From positions 1 to 64,000 of the forward strand of contig JBGAJQ010000021.1 of NCBI GenBank assembly GCA_044224875.1: a stretch of DNA of 64,000 nucleotides. The letters run 5' to 3'. A program made the position numbers and the translations under genes. A model generated the notes under the pieces. The model saw only the letters and a list, made by a program, of their open reading frames with translations. It had not been told where the DNA came from and did not search any database. How positions within the stretch are numbered: position 1 is the stretch's first letter; each line of letters begins with the position of its first letter. This document shows, piece by piece, positions 8,366 to 18,331 of the stretch. The DNA comes from Gemmatimonadaceae bacterium (GTDB taxonomy: Bacteria > Gemmatimonadota > Gemmatimonadetes > Gemmatimonadales > Gemmatimonadaceae).

Positions 8366-9937
8366 CTACTGAATCGAGCGAATCGTGGGATACTTGATCC
8401 CGAGTTGCTCGAGGTAGGACGCGTACTTCGTCGGATCGTAGTAGTACGTGCGCATCTCAGGCCGGTACCGCGCCATGATGTCGGCGTTGAGCCAGATCGC
8501 CGGCTGATCGTTAGGTCCAATGAACGCTGTGTACTTCACGTCCTTTGTCTGGACGTTGCGGAAGTAGTCCCACGCGTCAGCAACGACCGTCGGCTTGAAC
8601 AGCAGGTCGAGCAATGTGAGCGCCTGCACCTTGGCGCCAGCCACTGCTCCTTTGTGGGCGATGGGAGTGGCCATGGCAATCGCATTCGCCCAGTTGTGCC
8701 CTGGCCCGACGTTCCACGAGACGTCGCCAATGTCGTCTGATCCGCCGCCCATCGACGGTCGATTCGGCTGTGGCACCCGCATGTCGGCCGGCTTCATCGC
8801 CAGGCCGGAGTCGGGTACACCCAGTTCGCGCTGCAGCCCCTTGGCGAGCAACTGATCGGCTTCCGTCCACGTTGGGTTCCCGACCCGCTTGATGTTCTCG
8901 TTCGTCGCCTCGGCGATGGCTTTGTTGAAGTGACCCGACCAGGCCGACCCCAGCACGATAATGGTGTCGAGCTTGGTGTCGGTCATCAGCGCGGCCCCCT
9001 GCGCCACCTTCTTGGCGAACTCGAACATCTCCTTCGTCTTCGGATAGTCCAGGTGCCGGAAGTAGAACCAGACCGAGGCCGTTTGCGGCACGACATTCGG
9101 TTGGTCGCCACCATCCTTGATTACATAGTGCGAGCGTTGGGCCACCTCCATGTGCTCTCGGTGGTACTCCCAGCCCTGCGCCATGAGCATGACGGCGTCG
9201 AGTGCGGACTTGCCCCGCCATGGAGCACCGGCGGCGTGGGCCGTCTGGCCACGAAAGCGGAATTCCGCCGATATCAGCGCGTTTGAACCTGACGGACCGT
9301 ACCCCACGGCCAGGTTGTCGCCAACGTGGGTGAAGAGTGTCACGTCGACGTCCTTGAAGACTCCGGCGCGCACGAGGTACGCCTTGGTGCCCAGCTGTTC
9401 TTCGGCCACTCCCGGCCAGATGACGAGCGTGCCGGGGATCTTCTCGCGAGTCATCAGGTCCTTCACTACCAGTGCCGCGGCGATGTTCACCGCCTGCCCG
9501 GAATTGTGGCCCTCTCCATGACCCGGCGCGCCCTGAATGAGGAACTCCCGGTAGCCGACCGCGGGCTTCTGGTTCGATTGCGGAATGCCGTCAATGTCCG
9601 AGCCTAACGAGATAACGGGCTTGCCGGATCCCCACCGCGCGACCCATGCCGTCGGTATCCCCGCCACCCCACTGTCCACAGAGAAGCCGTTGTCGCGCAG
9701 AATCTTCATCAGGTACTTCGAGGTCTCGAATTCCTGAAACCCCAGTTCGCCGAACGAGAACTGCGTGTCGATCATCTCCTGGATCATCTTGGCCTTGGCA
9801 TCCACCAGCTGCAGCGCCTCGGTCTTCAACTTCTCCAGCTTGGGGTCGACGGCTGGCGCCTTGGCGCCCTTTTGCCCCTGCAGCCCGGACGAGGCCACGA
9901 TGAGCGAACAAGCGACGACTGCATGCCTCAACGACAT
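8366..9937 (-). CDS. Secreted M20 amidohydrolase (AbgB-like), with an apparent 13-aa internal deletion
   Basis: ELGFQE, GSDIDG, GHGEGHN, AEE, AHAAGAPWRGKSALDA, GGSDDIGDVSW. Signal peptide starts at MSLRH (9937). Confidence 0.85.
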   Translation of the reverse strand: MSLRHAVVACSLIVASSGLQGQKGAKAPAVDPKLEKLKTEALQLVDAKAKMIQEMIDTQFSFGELGFQEFETSKYLMKILRDNGFSVDSGVAGIPTAWVARWGSGKPVISLGSDIDGIPQSNQKPAVGYREFLIQGAPGHGEGHNSGQAVNIAAALVVKDLMTREKIPGTLVIWPGVAEEQLGTKAYLVRAGVFKDVDVTLFTHVGDNLAVGYGPSGSNALISAEFRFRGQTAHAAGAPWRGKSALDAVMLMAQGWEYHREHMEVAQRSHYVIKDGGDQPNVVPQTASVWFYFRHLDYPKTKEMFEFAKKVAQGAALMTDTKLDTIIVLGSAWSGHFNKAIAEATNENIKRVGNPTWTEADQLLAKGLQRELGVPDSGLAMKPADMRVPQPNRPSMGGGSDDIGDVSWNVGPGHNWANAIAMATPIAHKGAVAGAKVQALTLLDLLFKPTVVADAWDYFRNVQTKDVKYTAFIGPNDQPAIWLNADIMARYRPEMRTYYYDPTKYASYLEQLGIKYPTIRSIQ

Positions 9938-10119
9938 GGACTTCTCCGTCTGTGTGAGAGTGGTCGAACAGGGCCGTGGGTCCTCGGCCAGCGTGGCTGG
10001 GTTGGGACTCGTAAGTGGTGGCGATCCAAGGGATGCGCCCGCGACGAAGATACGCCCCGCCTTCGTCACGGACAGTCGAGCAGTCCGTTCATGGATTCGC
10101 CGCCCGACCACGGACTCGC

Positions 10120-10182
10120 CGTCCATTTCTTCGTCCAAGTCTTGTCCGGGTACTGTCCGGCTAATATCGTTCTTTTGTCCAG
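10120..10182. promoter_or_regulatory. Putative CarH-type operator: 11-bp-periodic direct repeats
   Basis: (T/C)GTCC(A/G) cores with GTCC at 10121, 10133, 10144, 10155 and 10177 (spacing 12, 11, 11, 22), just upstream of the carH-like start at 10198. Confidence 0.6.
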
Positions 10183-10197
10183 CTAAGCCCCATTCAC

Positions 10198-11090
10198 ATG
10201 ACTCCAACGAAAAAACCTGACGGAGTGCTTCCTGTTCGACTCGTGCTGCGACGCACCGGACTCTCGGCCGACGTTCTGAGGGCCTGGGAACGGCGATACG
10301 GCGCGGTCCATCCGGAACGGTCGCCCGGCGGACAGCGATTGTACCGCGAAGCCGACGTGACTCGCCTCGAGAAACTCCGCCGCCTAACGATCCTAGGCCA
10401 CTCCATCGGCCAGGTGGCCCGACTCAGCCCTCGGAGCGGGCGCGACGCGACGACTCCGAACTGACGCCAGACGGTCTGCGTGCCACCTGCCTCCGGGCCA
10501 TCGAACGCATGGATTCGCTTCTCCTCGACGCGACGCTGCGCCGGGCCGCGATTTCGCTCGGGCCCGTGGCCTTTGCCGAGCGCGTGGTTGGGCCGCTGGT
10601 CGTGCAGGTCGGAGACATGTGGCACCGCGGGACCCTGCGCGTAGGGCAGGAGCACCTCGCCAGCTCAACCATTCGCGCCGTGCTCGCTTGGCTCTGCCGC
10701 GCCGTCAGTCCGCAAGGCGGGCACGGAGTCATGCTAGTGGCCACGACCGAGGGCCAACGTCACGAACTTGGCGCCATGATGGCCGCCGCGGTCGCGAGTG
10801 CCGAGGGCTGGAGCGCGGTGTATGTCGGACCCGACTTACCGGTAGCCGAAATCGCCGAGGCGGCGCGCGCGATGCACGCCTCGGCGATCGCGCTCAGCTT
10901 CGTGTACCCAGCAACCGGAGCGGAGGTCGAGGAGCGCGTCCGTCAGCTGCACGGGTTGGTGGGCGAAGAGGTCACGGTGTACGTCGGCGGTTCTGCGACG
11001 GCCGCTGTGGCGTCACGGCTCTCGCGTTACGGTGCAGTCTGTGTGGCAACGTTGTCCGAATTCCGGGACTCGCTACGCCGCACGCACTGA
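10198..11090 (+). pseudogene. carH: CarH/LitR-like MerR-family cobalamin-binding regulator, split by a frameshift near 10428 (real lesion or assembly error)
   Basis: MerR HTH (LRAWERRYG...GQRLY) in 10198..10464. B12-binding domain with W-x9-EH (WHRGTLRVGQEH), RHELG and GPDLP in 10509..11090; that frame reads on upstream as PSERARRDDSELTPDGLRATCLRAIERMD. Confidence 0.8.
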
Positions 11091-11122
11091 AGCATCCGCC
11101 GCCGAGCACGACCATCCCGGCG

Positions 11123-11518
11123 TTACGGCCGACCCCGCGCGGCAAAGAGCGTTCGCGCCACGGCCGCGCCGGCAAAGACGGCCGCGATGGAGGCGCCGAC
11201 GGATAGGGCGACGTATGCGCTGGCGCGCCCCCAGGCACCACCGCGAATCAGTGCCGAGTTCTCGGCGCTGAAGGTGGAGAAGGTCGTGTAACCGCCACAC
11301 AGCCCGGTGGTGAGGAAGCGCTGCGACTGCGGGCCAAGGGTGCTTCCGACCACCGGAAGTTCCAGGAGGAATCCCAGCAGGAACGATCCCGTCACGTTCA
11401 CCAGCAGCGTGCCGATGGGGAAGGGTACCTCGGCGCGTGCCTGCACCCAGTTTGACACGAGAAAGCGAGCGCCACCGCCAAGGGCGCTTCCAAGCATGAC
11501 GTACAGGAATCCGGCCAG
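11123..11518 (-). CDS. crcB: Fluoride channel Fluc/CrcB
   Basis: GSALGGGARF, FPIGTLLVNVTGSFLLG, TGLCGGYTTFSTF. Start uncertain: CTG at 11518 behind GGAGG, or ATG at 11497. Confidence 0.9.
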   Translation of the reverse strand: MAGFLYVMLGSALGGGARFLVSNWVQARAEVPFPIGTLLVNVTGSFLLGFLLELPVVGSTLGPQSQRFLTTGLCGGYTTFSTFSAENSALIRGGAWGRASAYVALSVGASIAAVFAGAAVARTLFAARGRP

Positions 11519-11701
11519 AAGTGCCTCCGCGCTTCGTCCAGCGCGTAACCTCCCGCGGGGGGCGAGCGGATTCAAGCCCGTGAGGCGGATCGCGCCCTCG
11601 GGTTGAGGGCCAGGCGACACGGACCATCCCACGAGACGCGACGAGCGACTGGACTTGGGGTATGTTCCGTTCCATTCCCACGTCCTCGCTCAGACTGTCA
11701 C

Positions 11702-13132
11702 GTGTTCCATCGTCAGCTCCTACTCGTATTCCTGCTCGCCACCACCCAAGGGATGGTGCTCCGTGGACAGGATTCACTACGCACGCTGGCCGATGTCACC
11801 CCGCATGGCGAGGTGATCGTGCGGTTGCGTTCGCGCGCCAATGCCAAGGCCAGCTACGCGGCGTATCTGCCGTCCGGGTACACGAGTGACCGTCGCTGGC
11901 CACTGCTGATCCTGTTGGATCCGCGTGGCCGTGCGGCCATTCCGTTGGAGCTCTTTCGCGAACCGGCGGAGCGGCTGGGCTACATGATCCTCTCGTCCTA
12001 CGACTCGCAGAGCGACGGTGCCCGGGCGCCTAACGACATGGCGCTCGACGCAATCCTCGAAGACGCCCAGCGATACCTCGCGTTGGACACCCGGCGCGTC
12101 TACATCGTCGGGTTTTCGGGAACAGCCCGGTTTGCCTGGGATGTGAGTGAGCAGTTCCCCGGTGTGCTGGCTGGCATTCTCGGATTTGGGGCGGGGACAC
12201 CGGGCGACAAACGATGGCTCGCGCAGCACGTACGTGGGGCAACGTTCGACTACTTCGGGGCGGTGGGCAGCCTGGATCCCAACTACACCGAAATGCGTCA
12301 GCTCGAACGCGATCTCACGGCCGCCTCGATCCCCTATCGCCTGGAGGAGTTCGACGGCCCGCACGCGTGGCCGCCGGCCCGGCTCTGCCGACGCGCTCTG
12401 GAATGGATGGAACTCCGCGCGATGCAGCGCGGCCTGCGTGTCAGCGACACGGCGTGGATCGACTCCGTGGCGCAGGTCCGGCGCGGGGAGTTCCCGCCGG
12501 CAGGGCCCCAAGCCAGCGTGGTCGCGCTTCGCGCGCGGCGCGCGTGGCTCCAGGATTTCGGTCGTACCGCGGACACGACGCAAGTGGCCGCCGATGCCGT
12601 TCGTCTTTCGGCCGATGCCACGGTGCAGCAGGTGCTGCGGCGCGAGGACGCGCTCGAGGCAAAGGACCTGGAGTGGATGCGCGGGTACTTCGCTTTCCTC
12701 ACGGACCTCAAGCGATCCGATCCGCCCCCAAGCGTCGGAGACGGAAAGCGGCGCGCCGGTGTCGACGAGATGGTCAAGATGTCCCAGAACACGGGAGATT
12801 CGTTAGGTGCGGTCGCCGCGCGGCGCGGCATCGCGCGGGTCCTGGTCTACGCGACGTTCTACGAATTCCGCGACTATCTCGCGTCGCAACAGTGGGACCG
12901 CGCCTCCACCCTCCTGCATGTCGCACAGGCCGCAGCTCCAACGGATGGCACCGTCTGTTTTGGGCTCGCCCGCGTTGAGGCACAGCGCGGCCGGTTGAAG
13001 GACGCCCTGACGCAGCTGGAGTGCGCCGAGAAGGCCGGGATGCTCACTCGGGAACTCCTCCAACATCCGTTGCTCGCGGCACTGAAGGGTGAGGCCCGAT
13101 TCACGGCGATCGAAACGCGCCTGACGCGATAG
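11702..13132 (+). CDS. Secreted alpha/beta-hydrolase (esterase-like) with a C-terminal TPR-like region
   Basis: Signal peptide from GTG 11702; YLPSGY, VGFSGTA nucleophile elbow, DPNY, GPHAW; helical repeats at the C-terminus. Confidence 0.7.
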   Translation: MFHRQLLLVFLLATTQGMVLRGQDSLRTLADVTPHGEVIVRLRSRANAKASYAAYLPSGYTSDRRWPLLILLDPRGRAAIPLELFREPAERLGYMILSSYDSQSDGARAPNDMALDAILEDAQRYLALDTRRVYIVGFSGTARFAWDVSEQFPGVLAGILGFGAGTPGDKRWLAQHVRGATFDYFGAVGSLDPNYTEMRQLERDLTAASIPYRLEEFDGPHAWPPARLCRRALEWMELRAMQRGLRVSDTAWIDSVAQVRRGEFPPAGPQASVVALRARRAWLQDFGRTADTTQVAADAVRLSADATVQQVLRREDALEAKDLEWMRGYFAFLTDLKRSDPPPSVGDGKRRAGVDEMVKMSQNTGDSLGAVAARRGIARVLVYATFYEFRDYLASQQWDRASTLLHVAQAAAPTDGTVCFGLARVEAQRGRLKDALTQLECAEKAGMLTRELLQHPLLAALKGEARFTAIETRLTR

Positions 13133-13239
13133 CGCGTCTCCGGCAAACGGATCGCCCTCGGTTGCTTGCCCCGAGTGGCGACCTGTGGATATCGTGAACG
13201 CCCCCCCGGTTTCACCACCTTCTCACGTCCAAAATCGTT

Positions 13240-13812
13240 ATGCGTCAGCTCGCGATATCCGTGGCTTTTATCTCCACCTTTTCTTCTGCAGGACTGGCGC
13301 AAGCCACGCTCAAGACGCAGCCGAGTGGGCGGGCGACCACCGAGGTGTCACTCAACGCGCCTCGGGCGCAGGGCCAGGCGGCAAGCGCGCCGTTGAAGAT
13401 TCGCATCGAGTACGGCCAACCTCATGCTCGGGGACGTGCGGTCGCGGGCGCATTGGGCGGCGATCTGGGAAATGTGTGGCGGTTGGGCGCGAACGAAGCC
13501 ACGGCGTTCACGACACCGGTCGACCTCATGATTGGTACGCTGAGTGTGCCAAAGGGCGAGTACACGTTGTTTGCCGAGACGTCGAAGACGGGCGAGTGGA
13601 AGTTGATCGTGAACAAGCGCACCAAGGAGTGGGGCACGGATTACGATGCCAAGTCGGACTTGGGGCGCGTGTCGCTCAAGTCGCGGACGCTCGCCACGCC
13701 CATTGAAACCTTGAGCATCTGGCTGATTCCCTCCGGTGACGGATCGCCCAGGGGAGAATTGCGTTTTGCGTGGGGAACACGCGAATTCTCGGTGCCGTGG
13801 ACGGTGAAGTAG
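13240..13812 (+). CDS. DUF2911 family protein
   Basis: Signal peptide; IEYGQPHARGR, VWRLGANEAT, VPKGEYTLF, WGTDYD, FAWG. Confidence 0.9.
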   Translation: MRQLAISVAFISTFSSAGLAQATLKTQPSGRATTEVSLNAPRAQGQAASAPLKIRIEYGQPHARGRAVAGALGGDLGNVWRLGANEATAFTTPVDLMIGTLSVPKGEYTLFAETSKTGEWKLIVNKRTKEWGTDYDAKSDLGRVSLKSRTLATPIETLSIWLIPSGDGSPRGELRFAWGTREFSVPWTVK

Positions 13813-13911
13813 CGCGATGATGGCCAGGGGCACGTGCGCGGTGTAACGCCGCGCACGGCAGCCCCGGGTCCAGGCGCCTAACCTTGGATCGGTCACATCG
13901 GGAGCCGGTCC

Positions 13912-14870
13912 ATGGGACGTCGTTACATCATGTGCATTGCGATCCTCGCCTGTTCGCGGGGGGATCCCGGAACCACCGCGCTCCCCGCCGACGAAAGCGT
14001 GATATCCGGAGTGCCTAACGGGAGCTTGCACGGTCAACGCCCGTTTCCGGATGACAACTGGTGGAACACGGACATTTCCGCCAGTCCCGTGGACGCCAAT
14101 TCCGCCACCCTCATTTCGAGTTGCGGTCTCACCGGACTGCACCCGGACTTCGGGACCGTATGGGCCGGCGCGCCCAACGGAATTCCGTATGTACTGGTGC
14201 GTGGGACGCAAAAGCTGGTGCCGGTGACGTTCCAGTATGCGTCCGAGAGCGATCCGGGCCCGTATCCCATCCCCAAGAACGCACCGATCGAGGGTGGTCC
14301 AAACGGCACGGGTGATCGCCACGTGCTCGTGCTGGACGTCGACCACAAGCTGCTGTACGAGCTGTTCGATGCGCATCCGGTGAACGGGGGGCGAGTTGGA
14401 CCGCCGGGTCTGGCGCCAAGTTCGACATGGCGTCGAACGCGCTACGCCCCATGTACTGGACATCGGCCGACGCCGCCGGACTCCCCATCTTTCCGGGCCT
14501 GGTGCGATATGACGAGGCCGTCGAGCTCGGAAAGATCGAGCACGCGCTCCGATTCACCTGCCCGCGTACCCGGCGCGCGTTCGTCGATCCGGCCCGTCAC
14601 TACGCCAGCACTGACGTCTCCGCCTCGCTGCCGCCGATGGGAATGCGCGTTAGGCTCAGGGCGAACTTCGACATCACGCCATTTCCGGCCGAGGTTCGCG
14701 TCATTCTCACGGCCATGAAGAAATACGGGATGATGGTCGCGGATAACGGCTCTTCGTGGTACGTCTCCGGTGCGCCCGACGCGCGTTGGAGCGACGCGAA
14801 CTTGGCGACGCTCCGCAACGTGCCGGCTTCCGCGTTTGACGTCGTCCAGATGGGCACGATCCACTACTAA
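13912..14870 (+). pseudogene. Conserved exported/lipoprotein of unknown function, split by a -1 indel in a G run
   Basis: 13912..14718 (ILAC, FPDDNWWNTDIS, LHPDFG, ESDPGPYP, GDRH) and 14427..14870 (WTSADAAGLPIFPGLVRYDE, HALRFT, YGMMVADNG) join as ...PVNGGASWTAGSGAKFDM... if the G6 at 14386-14391 is G7. Confidence 0.75.
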
Positions 14871-14946
14871 GAGGAACCCATTCGAGACTAGATTGGGGGT
14901 GCGGTGCCTGTCGGCATCGCACCCTCCTCGTTTTGGGCCTCCTGAG

Positions 14947-16074
14947 ATGACCGATAATCGCCTGCGCCTCCTGTATGAGGCGGGCCAGTCCGTGTGGCTG
15001 GACTACATCGACCGCGCCATGCTGCGAGACGGCTCGCTGCAGCGGCTGATTCGCGACGACGCCCTCATGGGCATGACCTCGAATCCGACGATTTTCGAGA
15101 AGGCGCTGGCCGAGGGCGCCCTCTATGACGAGCAGGTGCACCGCCACGCCAGCGAGCTCTCGCCACCGGAGTTGTTTGAGCTGGTGGAGACAGACGACGT
15201 CCGCGCGGCCTGCGACCTCTTTGCCGACGTGTATCGACGCACCGCACGCGCCGACGGCTACGTGTCCATCGAGGTCTCGCCCGGCGTTGCCAACGACGCG
15301 AGTGCCACCGTGGAGGAAGCCCAGCGCCTCTGGAAGACGGTGGACCGCCCGAACGTGATGGTGAAGGTGCCAGGAACCGAGGAGGGCGCCAAGGCGGTTC
15401 GCGCACTCATTGCGCAAGGAATCAACGTAAATGTTACGTTGCTCTTTGCGGTGAGCGCGCACGAGCGGGTGATCGACGCCTACCTCGATGGGTTGGAGGC
15501 GCGATTGACCGCGGGACAGCCGATCGAACACCTGGCGTCCGTTGCCTCGTTCTTCGTATCTCGCGTGGATTCGGAGGTGGACAAGCGACTGGAGGCCACG
15601 GCGACCGCCGCACCTAACGAGTCGGCGCGCTGCCTCGCCTTGCGTGGGCGCGCGGCCGTGGCCAACGCGCGTCTTGCCTACCGACTCTTCACGCAGAAGT
15701 TCGCTGGCAAGCGATGGGAAGCCCTCGCGGCGCGCGGCGGCCGCGTGCAGCGACCCCTGTGGGCCAGCACCTCCACCAAGAACCCGGCGTATCGCGACGT
15801 GCTGTATGTGGAAGAGCTCATTGGTCCACACACCGTGAACACAATGCCGCCAGCCACCGTGGACGCGTTTCGCGATCATGGAGTAGTCGCGCGCACGGTC
15901 GACACGCACGATGCCGAGGCCCAAGCGGTCATGGATAGCCTTGGCGCCGTTGGCGTCAACTTCGACGACGTGACGTCGAAACTGCTCCGCGACGGTCTGG
16001 CATCCTTCCAGAAATCGTTCGACTCGCTGATTGCGGGCCTCGAGCGGAAGTCCGCCGCGCTCATCAACCGCTAA
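14947..16074 (+). CDS. tal: Transaldolase
   Basis: GQSVWLD, TSNPTIF, VSIEVSP, VMVKVP, NVTLLF, SFFVSR, QRPLWAST. Start at ATG 14947. Confidence 0.95.
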   Translation: MTDNRLRLLYEAGQSVWLDYIDRAMLRDGSLQRLIRDDALMGMTSNPTIFEKALAEGALYDEQVHRHASELSPPELFELVETDDVRAACDLFADVYRRTARADGYVSIEVSPGVANDASATVEEAQRLWKTVDRPNVMVKVPGTEEGAKAVRALIAQGINVNVTLLFAVSAHERVIDAYLDGLEARLTAGQPIEHLASVASFFVSRVDSEVDKRLEATATAAPNESARCLALRGRAAVANARLAYRLFTQKFAGKRWEALAARGGRVQRPLWASTSTKNPAYRDVLYVEELIGPHTVNTMPPATVDAFRDHGVVARTVDTHDAEAQAVMDSLGAVGVNFDDVTSKLLRDGLASFQKSFDSLIAGLERKSAALINR

Positions 16075-16077
16075 GGC

Positions 16078-17490
16078 ATGTCCGAGCTCTTCGTTCCGCG
16101 CACCAAGATCGTCTGCACGTTAGGTCCGGCGTCGTCCACGCCCGAGACGATTGGCGCCCTCATGGACGCCGGGCTGAGTGTCGCCCGCATCAACTTCTCG
16201 CACGGCACGCACGAACAGCATGCTCGTACCATTGCGGCCGTGCGGGCCATGGCCAGCGCGCGCGAGCGACCGGTGGCGATCCTCGGCGACCTGCAGGGGC
16301 CGCGGATCCGCATCGGGGACCTGCCCGCGCCGGTGCCCGTTGCGCCTGGCGACAACCTGATCCTGGCCCATGAAGCCGTCGCTGTGGCGGGCGACCTGCC
16401 CGTCACGTACGACGACATCGCCAACGACGTACGGGCCGGCGATCGCATCCTCGTCGATGATGGCTTGATTGAGCTGCTGGCCACCGATGTCATCGGCGGC
16501 AAGGTCCACGCGCGCGTGGTGTATGGCGGCGACATCCGTCGGCACAAGGGGATGAACCTGCCGGGGGTGAACGTGTCGGCGCCATCCATCACCGAGAAGG
16601 ATCGCGCCGACGTGAAGTTCGCGGTGGAGCAAGGGCTGGACTACCTGGCCCTCTCCTTCGTTCGCAAGGCGGAAGACATCGCGTTGCTTCGCGCCATGCT
16701 CCCGAAGGGATTGCTGATCATCGCCAAGATCGAGAAGGACAGCGCCCTGTCCCACATCGAGAGCATCATGCGTGCGGCCGACGGCGTCATGGTGGCCCGC
16801 GGCGACCTCGGGGTCGAGCTGCCGTTCGAAGAAGTGCCGCTGGTCCAGAAGCGGATCATCCGGCTTGCCAACTCGTTAGGACGCCCGGTGATCACTGCCA
16901 CGCAGATGCTGGAGTCCATGATCGAGAACCCCCGGCCCACGCGCGCCGAGGCCAGCGACGTGGCGAACGCCATCCTCGATGGCACGGACGCCGTGATGTT
17001 GTCGGCCGAAACCGCCTCGGGCGCCTATCCCAAGCTCGCGGTGGCTGCGATGCAGCGGATCATCCGCGAGGTCGAACAACATCCATTGTACCGGCAGCGG
17101 GAGGACCGGCGGCTTGGTGCCGGAACGGCCAGTCGCGAGGAGACCATCGCCGCCGCGACGGTGACCGCGGTGCGCATGCTCGGTGCGCCGACAGTGGCCG
17201 TGCTGACGAAGAGTGGATTCACGGCGCGCATTGTGTCGTCACAACGGCCGGCAGTCCCGATCCTGGCGCTGACCGATCAGGAGCGCACCTATAATCAGCT
17301 GGCGCTGGTGTGGGGGGTCATCCCCGCGCTGGTGCCGCACTCCGATTCGTACGACGAAATGGTGGAGCACGGGCGGGCGGCGCTGCTGCGCCGGGGACTG
17401 GCCAAGAAGGGTGATGAGTTCATCGTGACGGCCGGTGTGCCGTTTGACGTGACGGGGACGACCAACCTCATGAAAGTCGAGACTGTGTGA
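16078..17490 (+). CDS. pyk: Pyruvate kinase
   Basis: TKIVCTLGP, RINFSHG, DLQGP, IAKIE, MVARGDLGVE, ATQMLESM, PTRAE. Confidence 0.97.
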   Translation: MSELFVPRTKIVCTLGPASSTPETIGALMDAGLSVARINFSHGTHEQHARTIAAVRAMASARERPVAILGDLQGPRIRIGDLPAPVPVAPGDNLILAHEAVAVAGDLPVTYDDIANDVRAGDRILVDDGLIELLATDVIGGKVHARVVYGGDIRRHKGMNLPGVNVSAPSITEKDRADVKFAVEQGLDYLALSFVRKAEDIALLRAMLPKGLLIIAKIEKDSALSHIESIMRAADGVMVARGDLGVELPFEEVPLVQKRIIRLANSLGRPVITATQMLESMIENPRPTRAEASDVANAILDGTDAVMLSAETASGAYPKLAVAAMQRIIREVEQHPLYRQREDRRLGAGTASREETIAAATVTAVRMLGAPTVAVLTKSGFTARIVSSQRPAVPILALTDQERTYNQLALVWGVIPALVPHSDSYDEMVEHGRAALLRRGLAKKGDEFIVTAGVPFDVTGTTNLMKVETV

Positions 17491-17524
17491 CGGACGCCGT
17501 TCTCCTGCCGTCTGACCGGCCGTC

Positions 17525-18307
17525 GTGAAGCTGACGTTCCTGGGAACCGGCACCAGTTTTGGTGTGCCGCAGATCGGTTGCCACTGTGCCGTCTGCCGCT
17601 CACCAGATCCGCGCGACCGACGCACACGCGTGGGCGCCGTGGTCGAGACCGAGCTGGGCACCCGGCTCCTCCTCGACACCCCGCCGGAGTTGCGGTTGCA
17701 GCTGATTACCTGCGGTATCGATCGGGTCGACGCCGTGCTCTTCACGCACGACCATGCCGATCACATTCACGGGGTGGACGACATTCGTGCGTTCACCGTC
17801 AGGCGCGACGCGCCATTGCCGATGTACGGACCGGCCGACACGCTGGAGCGACTATCCCAGCGCTTTCCATACATCTTTGACGATCGCATGCGCCCGCTGC
17901 CGGGCACATCGAAGCCCGAAGGACAGGCCCGCCCCATTCACGATGGCGAAACGGTGCAGATCGGCGACGCCCACGTCCGTGCCATTGCCGTTCCGCACGG
18001 ACGCGTTACCGTGTTCGCGTACCGCATCGGCGCGCTCGCCTACGTCACGGACGCCAAGACCGTGCCCGATGCCGCCATCGATGCGCTGCGCGGCGCAAAG
18101 GTCCTGGTCGTCAACGCCCTGTTCCGGACCGAGCATCCGACCCATTTGTCGATCCCAGAGGCGCTGGAGGTCGCGCGACGCGTGGGGGCCGAACGCACCT
18201 ACCTCACGCACCTCACGCACGAGAATTTTCACGCGGACCTTGAAGCCGAGTTGCCACGCGGGGTGTTCCCGGCGTTCGACGGGCTGGTGGTGAAGAGCGA
18301 TGGGTGA
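17525..18307 (+). CDS. Metallo-beta-lactamase-fold hydrolase (PhnP-like phosphodiesterase)
   Basis: FLGTGTSFGVP, CHCAVC, THDHADHIHG, THLTH. Confidence 0.9.
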   Translation: MKLTFLGTGTSFGVPQIGCHCAVCRSPDPRDRRTRVGAVVETELGTRLLLDTPPELRLQLITCGIDRVDAVLFTHDHADHIHGVDDIRAFTVRRDAPLPMYGPADTLERLSQRFPYIFDDRMRPLPGTSKPEGQARPIHDGETVQIGDAHVRAIAVPHGRVTVFAYRIGALAYVTDAKTVPDAAIDALRGAKVLVVNALFRTEHPTHLSIPEALEVARRVGAERTYLTHLTHENFHADLEAELPRGVFPAFDGLVVKSDG

Positions 18308-18331
18308 GCACGACGCGCAGGGAGGGGAACC

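Noticed and set aside
11520..11640. Fluoride riboswitch upstream of crcB
   Set aside because: A GCCCTC/GAGGGC hairpin and a GGGATGG start are present on the minus strand, but I could not fit the conserved pseudoknot and 3' consensus. It needs a cmsearch with RF01734.
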